A stretch of 64,000 nt of DNA from Atractiella rhizophila (lineage: Eukaryota): NCBI GenBank assembly GCA_021432655.1, contig MU271309.1:1-64000 (forward strand). Reading direction: 5' to 3'. The position numbers were made by a program, and so were the translations under genes. The notes beneath the pieces were generated by a model. That model had not been told where the DNA came from and ran no database searches. It saw only the letters and a program-made list of their open reading frames with translations. Shown in pieces: positions 39,251-51,449 of this stretch (positions are counted from its first letter, which is position 1; each line of letters starts with the position of its first letter).

Positions 39251-40117
39251 GCCGCTGAAGCGTGTGAGGCTTTCTGACCTATATTGATGTAATCTGCCAG
39301 TGATTACAACAAATGTCAAATTTCGTTTAAAAGTAACCCTAAGTGAAAAAAGAATAATTAGCATCAAAGAACCCATGGTATTTGAAAAAAAAATTATTTT
39401 TTTCTCCAATCTAATACATCTTAAAAATGATGCCAGATACCACATTGGCGTTTTTGCTGTTCTCCAAAACGAAGCTTCCCCACATTCTTTCCATTCTCTC
39501 ATACTCTCCCTCATTTTGGTGAAAAGCGCAAGTTCGTTTGAGGGTATGATAGCACTGGTTGGATTCATGACATTTTAATGACTTTCTGTTTCATCATTGT
39601 TCTCATGCCTCGCAAAGTTGGAATGGCAGAGACAGAGATTGCAGCGACCCTTGGGTGGCAAGCCTTGCTGTATCCCATCATGAGGGCCATGCTCTCTATC
39701 CCAAAGGAATGGATGCCTTCTCTGGCGTCCCAGCGCTTCAGGAGGGAGGCAGCTCAAGACCAATTCATACTACCTACGGGCTCTGGTGTTATGAAGTTGG
39801 GAGCTTCACCCCACCCATTGAATATTGTTGAGACTAGGATTCTTCCTATCACACTGGGAAGTGAAAAAATCCTTGTGAGGGGGGTATATGTGTATTTTAC
39901 ATTGTGGGACAGTCATGTGATCATAGTTGTCACAGTTTGTCGCTTATCTCCAACAAATATATCCCCATCGACAGCTTGCGTGACCATTTGGGCAGCTGAA
40001 ACAACACCTCAGAGCGAGAGAATAACAATTAAGACAGCTTACAGTAAAACCTCAGATTTGCATATATCCATAGGCTAGTAGACATTTTCAGCGGCAGACA
40101 ACAAAGCATAGTGAAAA

Positions 40118-41106
40118 AGGGCTGTTCACCGTCCCATCCGTCGAATTTTGAGCTGAGGCGGGAGCGGGGCGGCTAGACCCGTCGCCGTCGCCGTATCGCA
40201 TTGATCACCAACTTCCTTTGACGCTGACGGAGCGGCTGACGGTTCAAGATGGGTTGTTGATGGATGGGTCAACGGTGTAGAAGACATGCAATATTATTGT
40301 GTTGCTGTAAAATATATCAAAAAACAGAGAACAAACCTTTGCAACCCAAAACCACTCGAGCTCCTAGTTGATAAATATTACGAGCGGTGGGGCGAGCGGA
40401 ACTGCAAGGTGCGAGACTGCAAGGTGTGAGACCAATCAAAACTCTGTTATTGTATGTTCTATATGAGAATGAAATACATACCTGCAAGGTGCGAGACCAA
40501 TCAAAACTCTGGGTCTCACACTTGCAGGGGAAGTTATTTTATAGCATAAAAGCTGAGTAATAAGAAAAAGGAACCAAGAAAATATGACTTCATACCAGCA
40601 AGAGAAAGGAGGGTGCGTTTATGCTCCCGTGGCCCCATCACTAGTCACTATCCAATTCAAGAATCACATCCTTGGACAGATGTTGAAGATGGCTCAAAAC
40701 GCCAGGACCATTTTCCATCCTTCTTCCTATCAAGCATCCACCAAGAGCGTAGCAGCATCAGCTTTCGGATCGTCTCAGCCTTGAGAGAAGCACAGTGAAG
40801 TGAGATCATATCTCTGCCCGAAGAGAACACCCGCTCCACTGCTACCGCTGATGCTAATGTTAATGTTGCGGTATCAATATATCGAGTGAAGAATGAGGAG
40901 GTAAGAGAGGACATATCAGGAATACATAGCACACTCCGTGCCAGGGGAGCCAAAGCTTTGAATCGGCCACCTTTAGCCTGCCCTTGCCACCATGCCAGAG
41001 GATCCCCAGTATGAACATCAGGCTCTGTGTCATCAAGATTTGCACTGATTTTCCGAGATTCGAACGGCCACCATGTCACCAAAACATTTTGCCTTATTGC
41101 ATACAA
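40118..41106 (-). mobile_element. hAT remnant: 3' end with dimerisation domain and terminus
   Basis: DPLAWW..LARSVLCIP..AVAVERVFSSGRD..LKAETIR. A CCGTC/GACGG-rich subterminal tract begins GGGCTGTTCACCGTC at 40118. Confidence 0.85.
40402..40527. repeat. Short direct and inverted repeat cluster
   Basis: CTGCAAGGTGyGAGA occurs three times (40402, 40417, 40482); the last two extend with CCAATCAAAACTCTG. An inverted copy GGTCTCACACTTGCAG is at 40512-40527. Confidence 0.85.
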
Positions 41107-42522
41107 GTGTGTCAGAGGCCTTCGTCCCTCAGGCCCACCAACCCACTCACATGGGGCATGGCCCCTTGAACCCTACTGTGACTCTTGTGAGGGTTCGAGT
41201 CCAGCATGAAACGCATTTTTTTATTTTCCTCGCGGATTCAGAAAGGCACAAGCATGTGCAGTAAGGTGGTGTAATTCATTTATTTTCAATGTCCCTGGTG
41301 AGGGAGGTATGAAGGATCAAAAGTGCGTTTTATGACTGCCAAGAACTGATGAATCTTAGAAGAATAGATTTTGGTTCTGCCTGCAAATCAACATCCTTGC
41401 TCACTGCACTAGCCAGACTTTCAAAAATTGGATCTCAGCTTTTCTCCCATCAAATTTTCCACGCGCCGTTTTTCCAAATCATTAAATCCAATCCAAGATA
41501 TGGATCCATTCTCTCAATGCTCCTCAAAGAACCTCAAGCAATACATTATATATTCCTGGCATTTCTCACGGTCTTTGTCGTAGTTCGCAATCTTCGATGT
41601 AGGGAGGGCAGAGCACTCAGAGCAAAACTTTTTAGAGGATGGAGAAGGCAGCCTGTGGACTGAGCTTTTGTCGACTTGTTTCCTTGCAAAGCTCGGGGTT
41701 GCATTTGTTTTGATTGTCTGCGTGGCCATAGCTGATGCCACTCTTTGCTGAGCGTTGCTCCGGTGCAGCCCAATAGACCCAATAGCGTTTTCATTGACAC
41801 AGAAGGAGCGGGGGCAGAGGCCAGCAGTCAACACGAGTCAGAATGCGCAACGAATCACAATCCCATACGTCCGACTCATCCACTGTCTCCTTTGTCGTTA
41901 CCGAGTGCACTGACCAGCGCCATATCAATCCACCGTCCCCGACGGACACAGGCAGAAATGGAAAGGGAGATGTGATTGATTTTGCTTATACGGTCACCAG
42001 TGGTGGTCGAAAAAGAGAGGAAGTCAGCCCTCAATTTTGTTCTAATCAACTGAATACTCATCCACTCCAAACAATTCTCACCCGCTTCCGTCCTCTCCCC
42101 TCAGTTCCTCGAAAGTGCCCGCCAGCGAGCATCACTGTCCTTGGTGTCGGTGTATGGATTATAATTGTGGGTATTCCCTTCACTGATGGTAGTAACGTGC
42201 GCTCGCTTATCCATTTCGCATTAGTACTCACCTTTCGAAGCTCCACAACTCCGCTCTTCCACCAGTATTCTACATCTTCAGGCTTCTATCCTATCTTGCC
42301 TGCTACCCATCCTCTCCACACCTGCGACGTGATTCTTTTGCCTCATTTCTACGTCACGACGGTCCTCTGCGACCAAAGCAATCTCAGAAGGCATAGAGGA
42401 GGAAAGCTGGATGGGGGCGGCAGGCTTTGGCGTAGTAACTTTACTAGGTCATCCTATACGTCGTGTCATTTGTGGAAGTGTAGGAGTTAGAAGCAATGCA
42501 CCTTTTTTTCTCCGGCTCTGAG

Positions 42523-43130
42523 CTAGACACCAAAATGGTGCAGTAAGGCTTTAAGCTCCACTATACGCAAACGTGATGGATCAAAGCCTGGTAAGTTCCA
42601 GCCGACACTGGAGACGTCAATAGCAGTGATCTGGGCTTGGATTTTGGACTGGCGTGCGGCTGCAGCCTGCTTCGCTTCCTCTTCAAGCTGTTTCGTGCTC
42701 TGTAGAGCTTCATGAATCAGCTCAGAATGAGGTTTGAGAGCATATGCTGGGATGAATTTGTCGAGAAGAGTGGCGTTGCGGATTGAAAACGTGTTTAGGA
42801 TGTAGCGATCCATTTCGGAAGGGTGGCAATGACCAATGATCAGTTTATGTCGCTGACCCCGCTTCCGCTCATCAGCAGTACAGCCTGCAAAGCTGCAAGC
42901 ATGCTGTACATTAACAAGGCCTCGTATTATCTGCACAAATGATTAGCAGAGCAAGAATAAATGCGGTTCGAGTGACGTGCATGATATGGAACCCGAATCA
43001 AACTGGGACTGGTCCTCTCAAGCAGGGGCATCTGAAGTGTTTTCTCGACATCCAGTATAGAGTAGTGGTGGATAATGACCACCAGAGAAGCTTCGTCAAG
43101 TGAAGAATTGCTGGAAATCACCCCCTTCAG
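42523..43130 (-). pseudogene. C-terminal fragment of a Plavaka/CACTA-like transposase
   Basis: GLVNVQHACSFAGC..IGH..RYILNTFSIRNA, which resembles the C-terminus of the DDxSG..WNKH family. Confidence 0.6.
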
Positions 43131-43133
43131 GCT

Positions 43134-43310
43134 ATGCCCTTCCATGTCAACCCATATCCCAGGATCTACAAATTTGCAAAAGAAAGAATGGAACAGGATC
43201 CCACTATACCACTACATCTTCATACAGTTGCTCCACAAGATAGGGACCCAAGACACTACAACATTCCTGTAGCCAGTGAAGTTGCTGTAGTGATGGTAGG
43301 AGAGCTATCG
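43134..43310 (+). pseudogene. Helitron Rep N-terminal fragment
   Basis: HVNPY..YKFA..DPRHYNIPVASEVAVV. Confidence 0.75.
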
Positions 43311-43329
43311 AACGCTATTCGGACCACTA

Positions 43330-44330
43330 CAAGATTCCAGAAGATGAATGCTTGTCAGAACAAGATTGGATAGGGATTTGCACAGTCTGTGGGTGGTTAC
43401 GAGCTTTTCGGGATGCAACCATCCAAGTATCAGCAACCTCAGTCCCCTGTCTCTCCTCTACCCTCCATCGATACCACGGCTTGCTCAACCACTTGAAGAA
43501 GGTCGTTAAGGAATTTCCTCCCAACATCTCAAAGGAATACCGGAGTGGGCTTGTTAAAGCACCAAAAGCTTGCGGAGTACCACTATTGTTCAGATGATTC
43601 ACCCTATTATGTCTATGCAGCCTGTATGTCATCCATATTTATCACACAGTGTGCCTGCTAACTGCTAACATCACATAGTGCTTGATCCTTGTCTTGGCCC
43701 AAAGTTCTTTGACAAATCCATTTTCAATTCAGATAAAGAGGGGATAGAAAAACACAAGGCAAATCTCATCGAGCTCTTCAAGACAAAATACTTTCCGAAA
43801 TATGGCAAGGGGCCTCTGTTCAAATGAAGAAACCGCCCACCTCTTCAAGTGGCCAGTCTTATCTTAAAAATATCGACAGCAACGATGAGGAGACACCTAC
43901 GCAACCATTCCACCACACAATGATGCAAATTGAGACAATGTGTGAAGTCAATTACTACCTATCCCTTCCTCGACTTGATTCCAGCACGGATATCTTCAAG
44001 TGGTATAGTGTTCAAGCAGGCCTGCAGCTTCGTGCTTAGTCTCAAATGGCACGGGATATTCTCTCTATCCCAGGTACACTTTTCTCATCACTTTGATTTA
44101 GTAACATATGCTGATGTTGCTTCAACGGATTAGGATGTGCGGTTGGAGTCGAGCGGGTGTTTTCTGGGGCACGTGATACTATCAGCATCAGAAGACACTG
44201 CTTGAAGCCTTCCACAAATCATATTCTCATCGTTGCAAAGGCCAAGCTCAGATTAGACCAGAATTGGGAAAGGAAGAGAAAGTTGAGAAAGTTGAAGGAA
44301 TTGCAGTTGAAGAAGGAGAGCAGGAAACAA
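43330..44330 (+). pseudogene. hAT transposase, C-terminal half
   Basis: LSEQDW..WLRAFRDAT, KLAEY, VLDP, DIFKWY..MARDILSIPG..VGVERVFSGARD. Contains stops and frameshifts. Confidence 0.88.
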
Positions 44331-44850
44331 GCTAGTGATATTGCAATGCATTATAATAAATATTATGATATGCCTGACCTGTACCTATTGAAATGGTCCT
44401 GCCGGAAAGGCCAATCGAAGGCGTATCGACCAAACAGTTCCCACACCTTACGATAGCGGCTACAATTCGATTACGGCTCAGGAATCGCATCGAACGGAAA
44501 GACCCATTCCGGGTTTGATATGATTCGGAAGCCATCCCTAGAGTCATGGATGGTCTCAAAGTTTGTCAAAGTTCGCTTTTAAAGTTTGCCATAGGGTCCC
44601 AAAGCTCGATAGGATAGACGCTATAGCGCCAGGGAAATTGCTGATGAACCCAACTACATATCAGGACAAGAGCCCTCTGCACAAACAATGGAGCCTACGA
44701 TTCACAAAAGAACATGAGCCATGGAAGACAAAGTGAAATGCACATTCAGGTGTGGCCCAATGGAAGACGAAGAACACTTATTGGCTGAGGTGATGAATTG
44801 TGGCGGAAAGCTTTTGCTGCCAAAGCAAGTCTTGATACAGGTGCGCTTTC

Positions 44851-47800
44851 TCTTTCACTATTGGGCTGTTCAACGTCACCGTTGAGATGGCTGACGGTTT
44901 GGGGTGGACGGCTTTTTCAGCAACCCGTCCTGCCACTGTTGGCACTTCCATTCCAGGAGATGGATGGGATTGGCGGAGGGCAGGGTGCTGTCCTTATTTG
45001 CCAACCCTCTTTCGAAGACGGCTGAGATGGCCGGTTGTACGAGTCGAGGGTTAACCGGAGCTTGAAGCAGTCAAAGGTTCGTGGTTCAGATCACACTTCA
45101 GGAGTATTCCAAATATTTGAGGAAGGCTTCTCACCAGTTCACAGGTTAGTTCTGATACAGTAGTCACGATCTCTCCTTGTGACGTCCTTCAACGTAGCCT
45201 CCAGCTCCTTGTCATCTCAATTTCAGGAGTTTCATCAGAGCCACAGGAAAACTTCCCGCCTCCGTAACGGTTCTCGACCTCTCCCTCCGTCGTCCTCCAG
45301 ACAATCCAAGCGCAACCTTCTGATTTTCGGTGCTGCTAGCTGCTTGCAAACTAGTTCATTGAGGAGGTTAGCTGGGACATGAAGAGGACACGATAATTAT
45401 GATGAACACTTCTGAGAGCGGAAATGCTCAGAGGAAGCAGAAGAAGGAGTGTTAAGCTGCTGTGTTTTTCCTGTATAAAAGCGTTGGTCATGGCAAGTGT
45501 TTCCCACTCAAAAAATGACAGATAACCAATCCAATATTTGCAAAATTGCTTGTCTGAAGAAACTGGTTGACATCGAGGCTAGGAATAATGAAAATGGGAC
45601 GGCCTTGTCACAATGAGACCAGAAGGTTGCATTGCACAACAAGTAAGTTTTTCACTTTTGTCGCATGGAAGTGTTGCGACTGAGAAAGTGATAGGCTGTT
45701 GAAAGATGCAAAGAGAAATGGGTATGCAGCAACAAAGTACCTCTTGTCAGAAGGAGAAGGTCTCACAAAGAGCTTGGAGAGGCTGAAGGCAAGTTCCATT
45801 GTTTTCAGATTTTAATGCGCTTAGCTGACGTTGTGACTTAGGATGAAAATGCTACCGTACCTATCGTCACAAACCTCCTCCAACACCGTCACAAAACAAA
45901 TGCCGAAGAGAACCAGCTGCTTGATGAGGATGATGAATTTATCCAGTTCGGCACCAAGAGCAGCGGATTCAAATTGGATGACATTGGTGGCCCAGCGGGC
46001 ATCAAATCCTTCAACACGCTCTGGTCCTTACTTTGGAGTCAAATTGGACGCTTTCTGGTTGTCTCTGAGCAGCTTCTTTGCCATCTGCACGTTGTTGGAG
46101 CGGCTCTTGTGTGTCTCCTCATTGAAGCCGGGGAATTGGAGGATCCTGTGCAAGATGCACAAGACTTGGATTACTTCCCTCCGGAAGTGGAAGAGAGGTT
46201 GAGCGTTGAGCCAGAGGAAGAGTATAGTGATGAAGGAGAAGCGGAGATGAACAGAGCAACTGCAGATGCTCTGAGAGAGATGCGAAAGGGAGATGATGGG
46301 ACGGGGAAGACAAGGAGTCAGAGGAAGAGAGAAAAGGAAAGGGATAGGAAGAAGAAATGGAAAGAAGTGACGGGTCGAGCAGAAGATGTGAGTCCTCTAT
46401 TCCTCTTTTGAGTCAGCCAACTGAGTGAATGTGATTGCAGGTGTTTATGGATCAAAAAGATGCGTCAACTGACAAAGAGCCCAATGTGGACGGGAAGCAG
46501 AAGGTGTGCTTGATTTTCTCTGCTCTGCCGGCAACAAGATACTGATGCACTATACAACATGTAGAAAACTGGTGGTGTAACCCGAGGGAAAGCGACGATC
46601 AAGTTTTGCTACGAGTCAATCCACGACCACACAACCCTCTCAAAGAAGACGCTTGCACTCAGTTTCGGTGACAGTGCAAAGCTTCAGCCCAGTGATCGCA
46701 TCTTTCGATGTTACAAATGCAAGCGGCTCCTTCGACAAAGCAAAGCGCAGAAATGCAACTATGATGGCCTTGTCCGACATTGGTCCGGTCATGGCTCGGC
46801 TTACCAGACCTGTATCGCACACCTTTGTGAGGTTAAGCTGGGGGAAGAGTTTGATGAACATGACCTATTGTTTGCAAAAGGAGGCATGACACAGGGAGAG
46901 TATAATCGGAAGAGGGGAAATAAGGACCTCATTCCTGCATGGGCACGACCAAGGAAAGTCGTATCAAGGGTAACACGGAAAACAGATAAGGTATTTCAGC
47001 GGTCTTATCCTATTACTGCCAAGTACTGATTGGTCTCTGAGATAGACAGTTGACCTGGAACGATTGAAATACCTCATCTCTCGCTGGACAGCGTCCTCTT
47101 CTCAACCCTTCACTGAAGTCGACTGTCCTGAACTTCATGACATGTTTACTATCTTCATGCCACTCAGATATCTATTCCAAGCACTTCAACCATCCGAAGA
47201 ACCTCCCTTGAATGTGCAGAAAACCTCTCCACAAATCTTCCCATCTTTTTTAGGGTAGCTGAGTTGATCTCCTGAGTAATATTCCAAGCTTACATTGAAC
47301 AATTTCTGAGGATTTGAATGGTGTCCGATTAAGCAATCAGGACTGGAATGCCATTGAACTTGTTTCATCATGGTTAGAAGAGTTTGCAGAAGTGACTGCT
47401 CTTATGTCCTCCACTTCCAATGTCACCATCAGTAGTGTTATCCTGCTTTTTCTTGGTTCGTTTGAAAAGCTTGAAGAGGCTATTGCCACACTCCCTCTCC
47501 ATACTCCAATACAGGTAAAAGATGGGCTTATAAAAGCTCATCAAAAGTTGGCAAAGTACCATGACAAAACAGACTCCTTTCCATATTACTTGTGGGCCAT
47601 TTGTGAGTGTATGGCTTTCCTTTGCATTTTTCGCTTTTGTTCACTTACTGTTTACTAATTTACATGAGAGGGGACAGTACTTGATCCCAGAGAAGGGCCA
47701 GCAACCTTTGAGGACAACTGTTAAGGTTTTGATTTGTTCTGGGTGGAACGTGCAAAGGACAACCTGAAGCGGAAGTTTGATCACGACTACGGCAGTGTTG

Positions 47801-47900
47801 TCACACCGTTTCTCACCACTGAGTTCTCGAAAGATGGCAAAATAAACCCAAGACTGTGCGGCAGAAGCTAAACGAGCGAATCGGACGCAATGGCACTACG
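44851..47900 (+). mobile_element. Internally deleted hAT element with BED-like finger
   Basis: Terminus-like GGGCTGTTCAACGTC at ~44852, similar to 40118. Protein motifs: FRCYKCKR..LVRHW, SSQPFTEVD, LSNQDWNAIELV and AHQKLAKY..YYLWAI..LDP. The catalytic core is missing. Confidence 0.75.
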
Positions 47901-48320
47901 AAAACAACTTCCGCACATATTCTTGATCGCTATTGGAAGCAAGTTCGAACACTACAAGACTCTGATTTCTGTGCAACGGCTAATAACAAATCATCTTTTC
48001 AGCACAAGACGTCGACAATTTGTGGCCAAAGTGTTCAAATTCAGTTTTTCTGGGCTGGGCATGCAGTCGGCACCCTGGCGCTCATCCTTGTTTGTGCGCA
48101 TTTGTCGTCTTGCGCAGTTGTCAGCCCCCATTATGTGAAATGACGTAAATTGGCCACGCGGACACGCGTGCAGAGTTTAGGAAGATCCGAATTTGTCACT
48201 TAATTTGACGGCTCAATCGTCATTTCCTCAACAAGCGTCCTAACGGATCCTCAACTGATATCAGCTTATTCACCACATTCGTCTGCATCTGCGGGCTTTG
48301 ACCAAACACAGTTCTTCCCT

Positions 48321-51162
48321 ATGTCACTATCTACGACTACTTTACTACTCGAACGAACGGACGCTGCAATTGCAGACAAACACAATAATATCACTGGTGA
48401 TTTCGAGATGCCTCCGCCGGTGTTCGGACCTCTTACTGCTGATGCTTTGGATTCTGCAGTCGAACAGGCGAGAGGTGGAAGATTAGTATTAGAGTTGAGT
48501 TTGTATGAACAGGTGCTTCAATATGTGTCTGCGACCTGGTTTGAGGTAACTGGGTATTTTTTTTTCTTTCGTTTTGCTTTTGGTATTGATTAGATTCACA
48601 GGCTGGATCCTAACGTGTGCACCAGACGTCCCATCTTGGATTTCCTTTACGAAGGCGACAAACACGTCTTCCAGCAAGCCACACGAGCGCTCGAAAAGGA
48701 CGATTCTGGCACCGTTGAAGTTCACTTTCGCATTATCTGCAAAGCTGAGACAGAGGACGATGATTTGGAGACAGCGGAGGCCACTTTGTTTGCGACGTTG
48801 GAAGGGATGGGTATGCTTATGCATGATCATATTTCAGGTCTTAATTCGCATACCATGTGGGTTTGTACGAGAGTCTGGCCGGAAGAAGCTTCTACTGACT
48901 GGAGGATCTACTCGAACACCTTCGCGCCGTCCATTAAGCATCGTCCCACCGTCCTTCGACCTCACTCACTTCCCTCCTGGTACAGTTTTATGTCAAATCT
49001 GCGAACGTCAAATACCAGCATATTGCTTCGAAAGGCACAACGAGACGTGTAGCGAGAATAGTCAGACTATTATCTACGGGGAACGTATTCGACAGGAATA
49101 GGAAGCAATGATCAAGAACTACACCTCTGAAATCTCTCAACCCCTGACAAGGCCTCCATCAACTCAGTTCTTCGCTTCTGGTGCTGTTACAGCTCATCCC
49201 GCTTCCCCATTTTACAATCAACAAAAGGACACTTCAACAGCACTAAACGAACGGCGTCGTGTCAGTGGACCCTCTCCTATTTCTCTCCCACTACCCCACG
49301 TGCCTTCACCAGCCACCTCCCCTGCCCAGCCAGTGTCTTCCACGGTAGGTACCCCCCTAACTGTACCACTTTCGCTCCACATACCCCTCATTCCTTCAAC
49401 AAGATCGAAAGCATCATCGATCAAGGATTTCGAAGTGATCAAACCGATTTCGAAAGGAGCGTTCGGAAGTGTGTATCTTGCTAGGAAGAAAATTACGGGC
49501 GATTACTATGTGATCAAGGTTCTGAAGAAGTCAGACATGATCGCAAAGAATCAAGTCACCAACGTCAAGACAGAGCGGATGATCTTAATGAACCAAGCTA
49601 AATCCGACTTCGTGGCAAGGTTGTTTTACACTTTCCAAAGCAAGGATTATTTGTACCTAGTGATGGAGTACTTGAATGGTGGAGATTGTGCTGCGTTTTT
49701 GAAGATGCTCGGTAGCTTCTCGGAGGAGTGGTCTCAGATTTATGTTGCTGAGATTACTTTGGGGTTGGGGTATCTTCATAATTCGGGTATCGTCCACAGG
49801 TTTCTTCCGTCTACATATTGTTTGAGTTTTACTAATCCATTGCACAGGGACCTGAAGCCAAATAACCTTCTCGTTGACTCCAAAGGATAGTCGAATCGGT
49901 GTACCGGGACGACCACCATGGATTCCCAGTAGTCAATATCCTACGTGTGGGAAAGGGCGATATCACCACCCCAAGCAATCAAGATCAACCTCAATAAACC
50001 CCTCGAATCTTTCCACACCAAGCTCTGAGTGTGTTATAGCTGCAGGATCTATGCAATCGCACTTCAGCGATTTCCTAGCGATAGATGACTGTGCTGCTGC
50101 CACTGAACCAGAAAGCTCTGGAGCTGGAGGAGGGTCCGGTGGGAGGTCTGGTGGTAGATCAAAGACGACGAACATTCCTCGAGTGTCGGACGGTCCGATC
50201 ATTTCTTTCCTTGCAGGAATAAACACAGCTTTTCGATCCCATCCGAACAATCCATCGCGGTCCAATATGTCGTCCAAACATGTTGTTGGCAGTCCAGATT
50301 ATCTTCCTCCAGAGAGTATTTTAGGTATTGGTATAGACGAGGGTGTAGATTGGGTACGTTTCTGCTTGCTCGGTGGCAAGACTTTTGCTGATGAGGGTGA
50401 TTCAGTGGGCGTTGGGGGTGATCCTTTACGAGTTCGTTCACCATCTGTGGTCCAAGAGTTTAATTACTGATCTATTCTTCAGGTTCCTTTACGGCATACC
50501 TCCTTTCCATGCTGCAACTCCTGCGAAAGTCTTTGAAAGATTTTGGCAGGTCGAATCGATTGGCATGAGGATGAGCTGGAGATTTCTAGCGAAGCGAAGG
50601 ATCTAATGGAGCGACTTATGTGTTCGGACACGAAACGACAGTTTGGGAAGAATGGCGCGGAGGAGGTTAAGGACCACCATTCTTCAACGGTATTGATTGG
50701 GAGAATCTGCTGTCTCAAGAAGCACCGCTCATGCCGAACGTCATGGATCCCGAGTCGACCGATTACTTTGACGCGAGAGGGGCTGTTGGAAAGCATTCTG
50801 ATGATGAGGATGTTGGAGTTGTGAAGGATATCGATACTGGCGAGCATATGCTGGACGGAGACGCTTCAATGAACTTGTCAGTTGCCGGATCAAAGAAACG
50901 TATTTCCAAAATTGTGCGAGCAGAGGCAGATCCAGGTTCAACAACCGACTTTGGGACGTTCAATTACAAGAATTTCGTTATCTTGAAACAGGCAAACGAG
51001 GATGTGATCAAGAAGCTGAGTGCAGACCAGATGGTTGGATTGAGTGCAGCGCTCGGTCAATCTCAACCCAACATTCCTCACCAACGACATTTTCAGCTCA
51101 TCGGAAAACAACCAACGCCCGGAAACGGTCCTCCATCCCCTTCAACCTCGACCGGGGGATAG
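48321..51162 (+). pseudogene. RIM15: RIM15/Cek1-type (Greatwall family) PAS-AGC kinase, decayed copy
   Basis: PAS-like N-terminus, CQICER, SIKDFEVIKPISKGAFGSVYL..KKSDMIAKNQVTNVK.ER, HRDLKP, kinase insert, GSPDYLPPE, WALGVILYEF and GIPPFHA. The DFG segment is deleted at ~49888, there are frameshifts, and no receiver domain was seen. Confidence 0.88.
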
Positions 51163-51449
51163 CTGGGAGGGGACGGGAGTCAAACGGATCCAGGGACATT
51201 GACAGGATGGGAGGGGCAATATTTGATGAATTTCATTCTAAAATTTTTGAAAACATTTTTTCCTAATTTTTTTTCTTTGTTTGAGCTTGGTTTGAGGTGT
51301 CATGTATTTGTGATTCTCAAGGAGAACGGTGGAGGTTTATGAGACAGGAATACATTAGTATCTGTAGCTAAATTATAGAGCAATAGTTTGTTACTATTCA
51401 ACATTTATGAATCTTCGTGAGATGCTTGTACCTCCGGAACCCTGTGATG

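Noticed and set aside
40402..40527. Repeat-spacer appearance resembling CRISPR
   Set aside because: Irregular spacing, one inverted copy, no cas genes, and a eukaryotic context.
41190..41203. GGTTCGAGTCC B-box (also at ~36050), suggesting a tRNA or SINE
   Set aside because: No cloverleaf stems or A-box could be built.
41349..42490. ORFs of 100-215 aa on both strands
   Set aside because: No motifs, low complexity and interrupted by stops; not supportable as genes.
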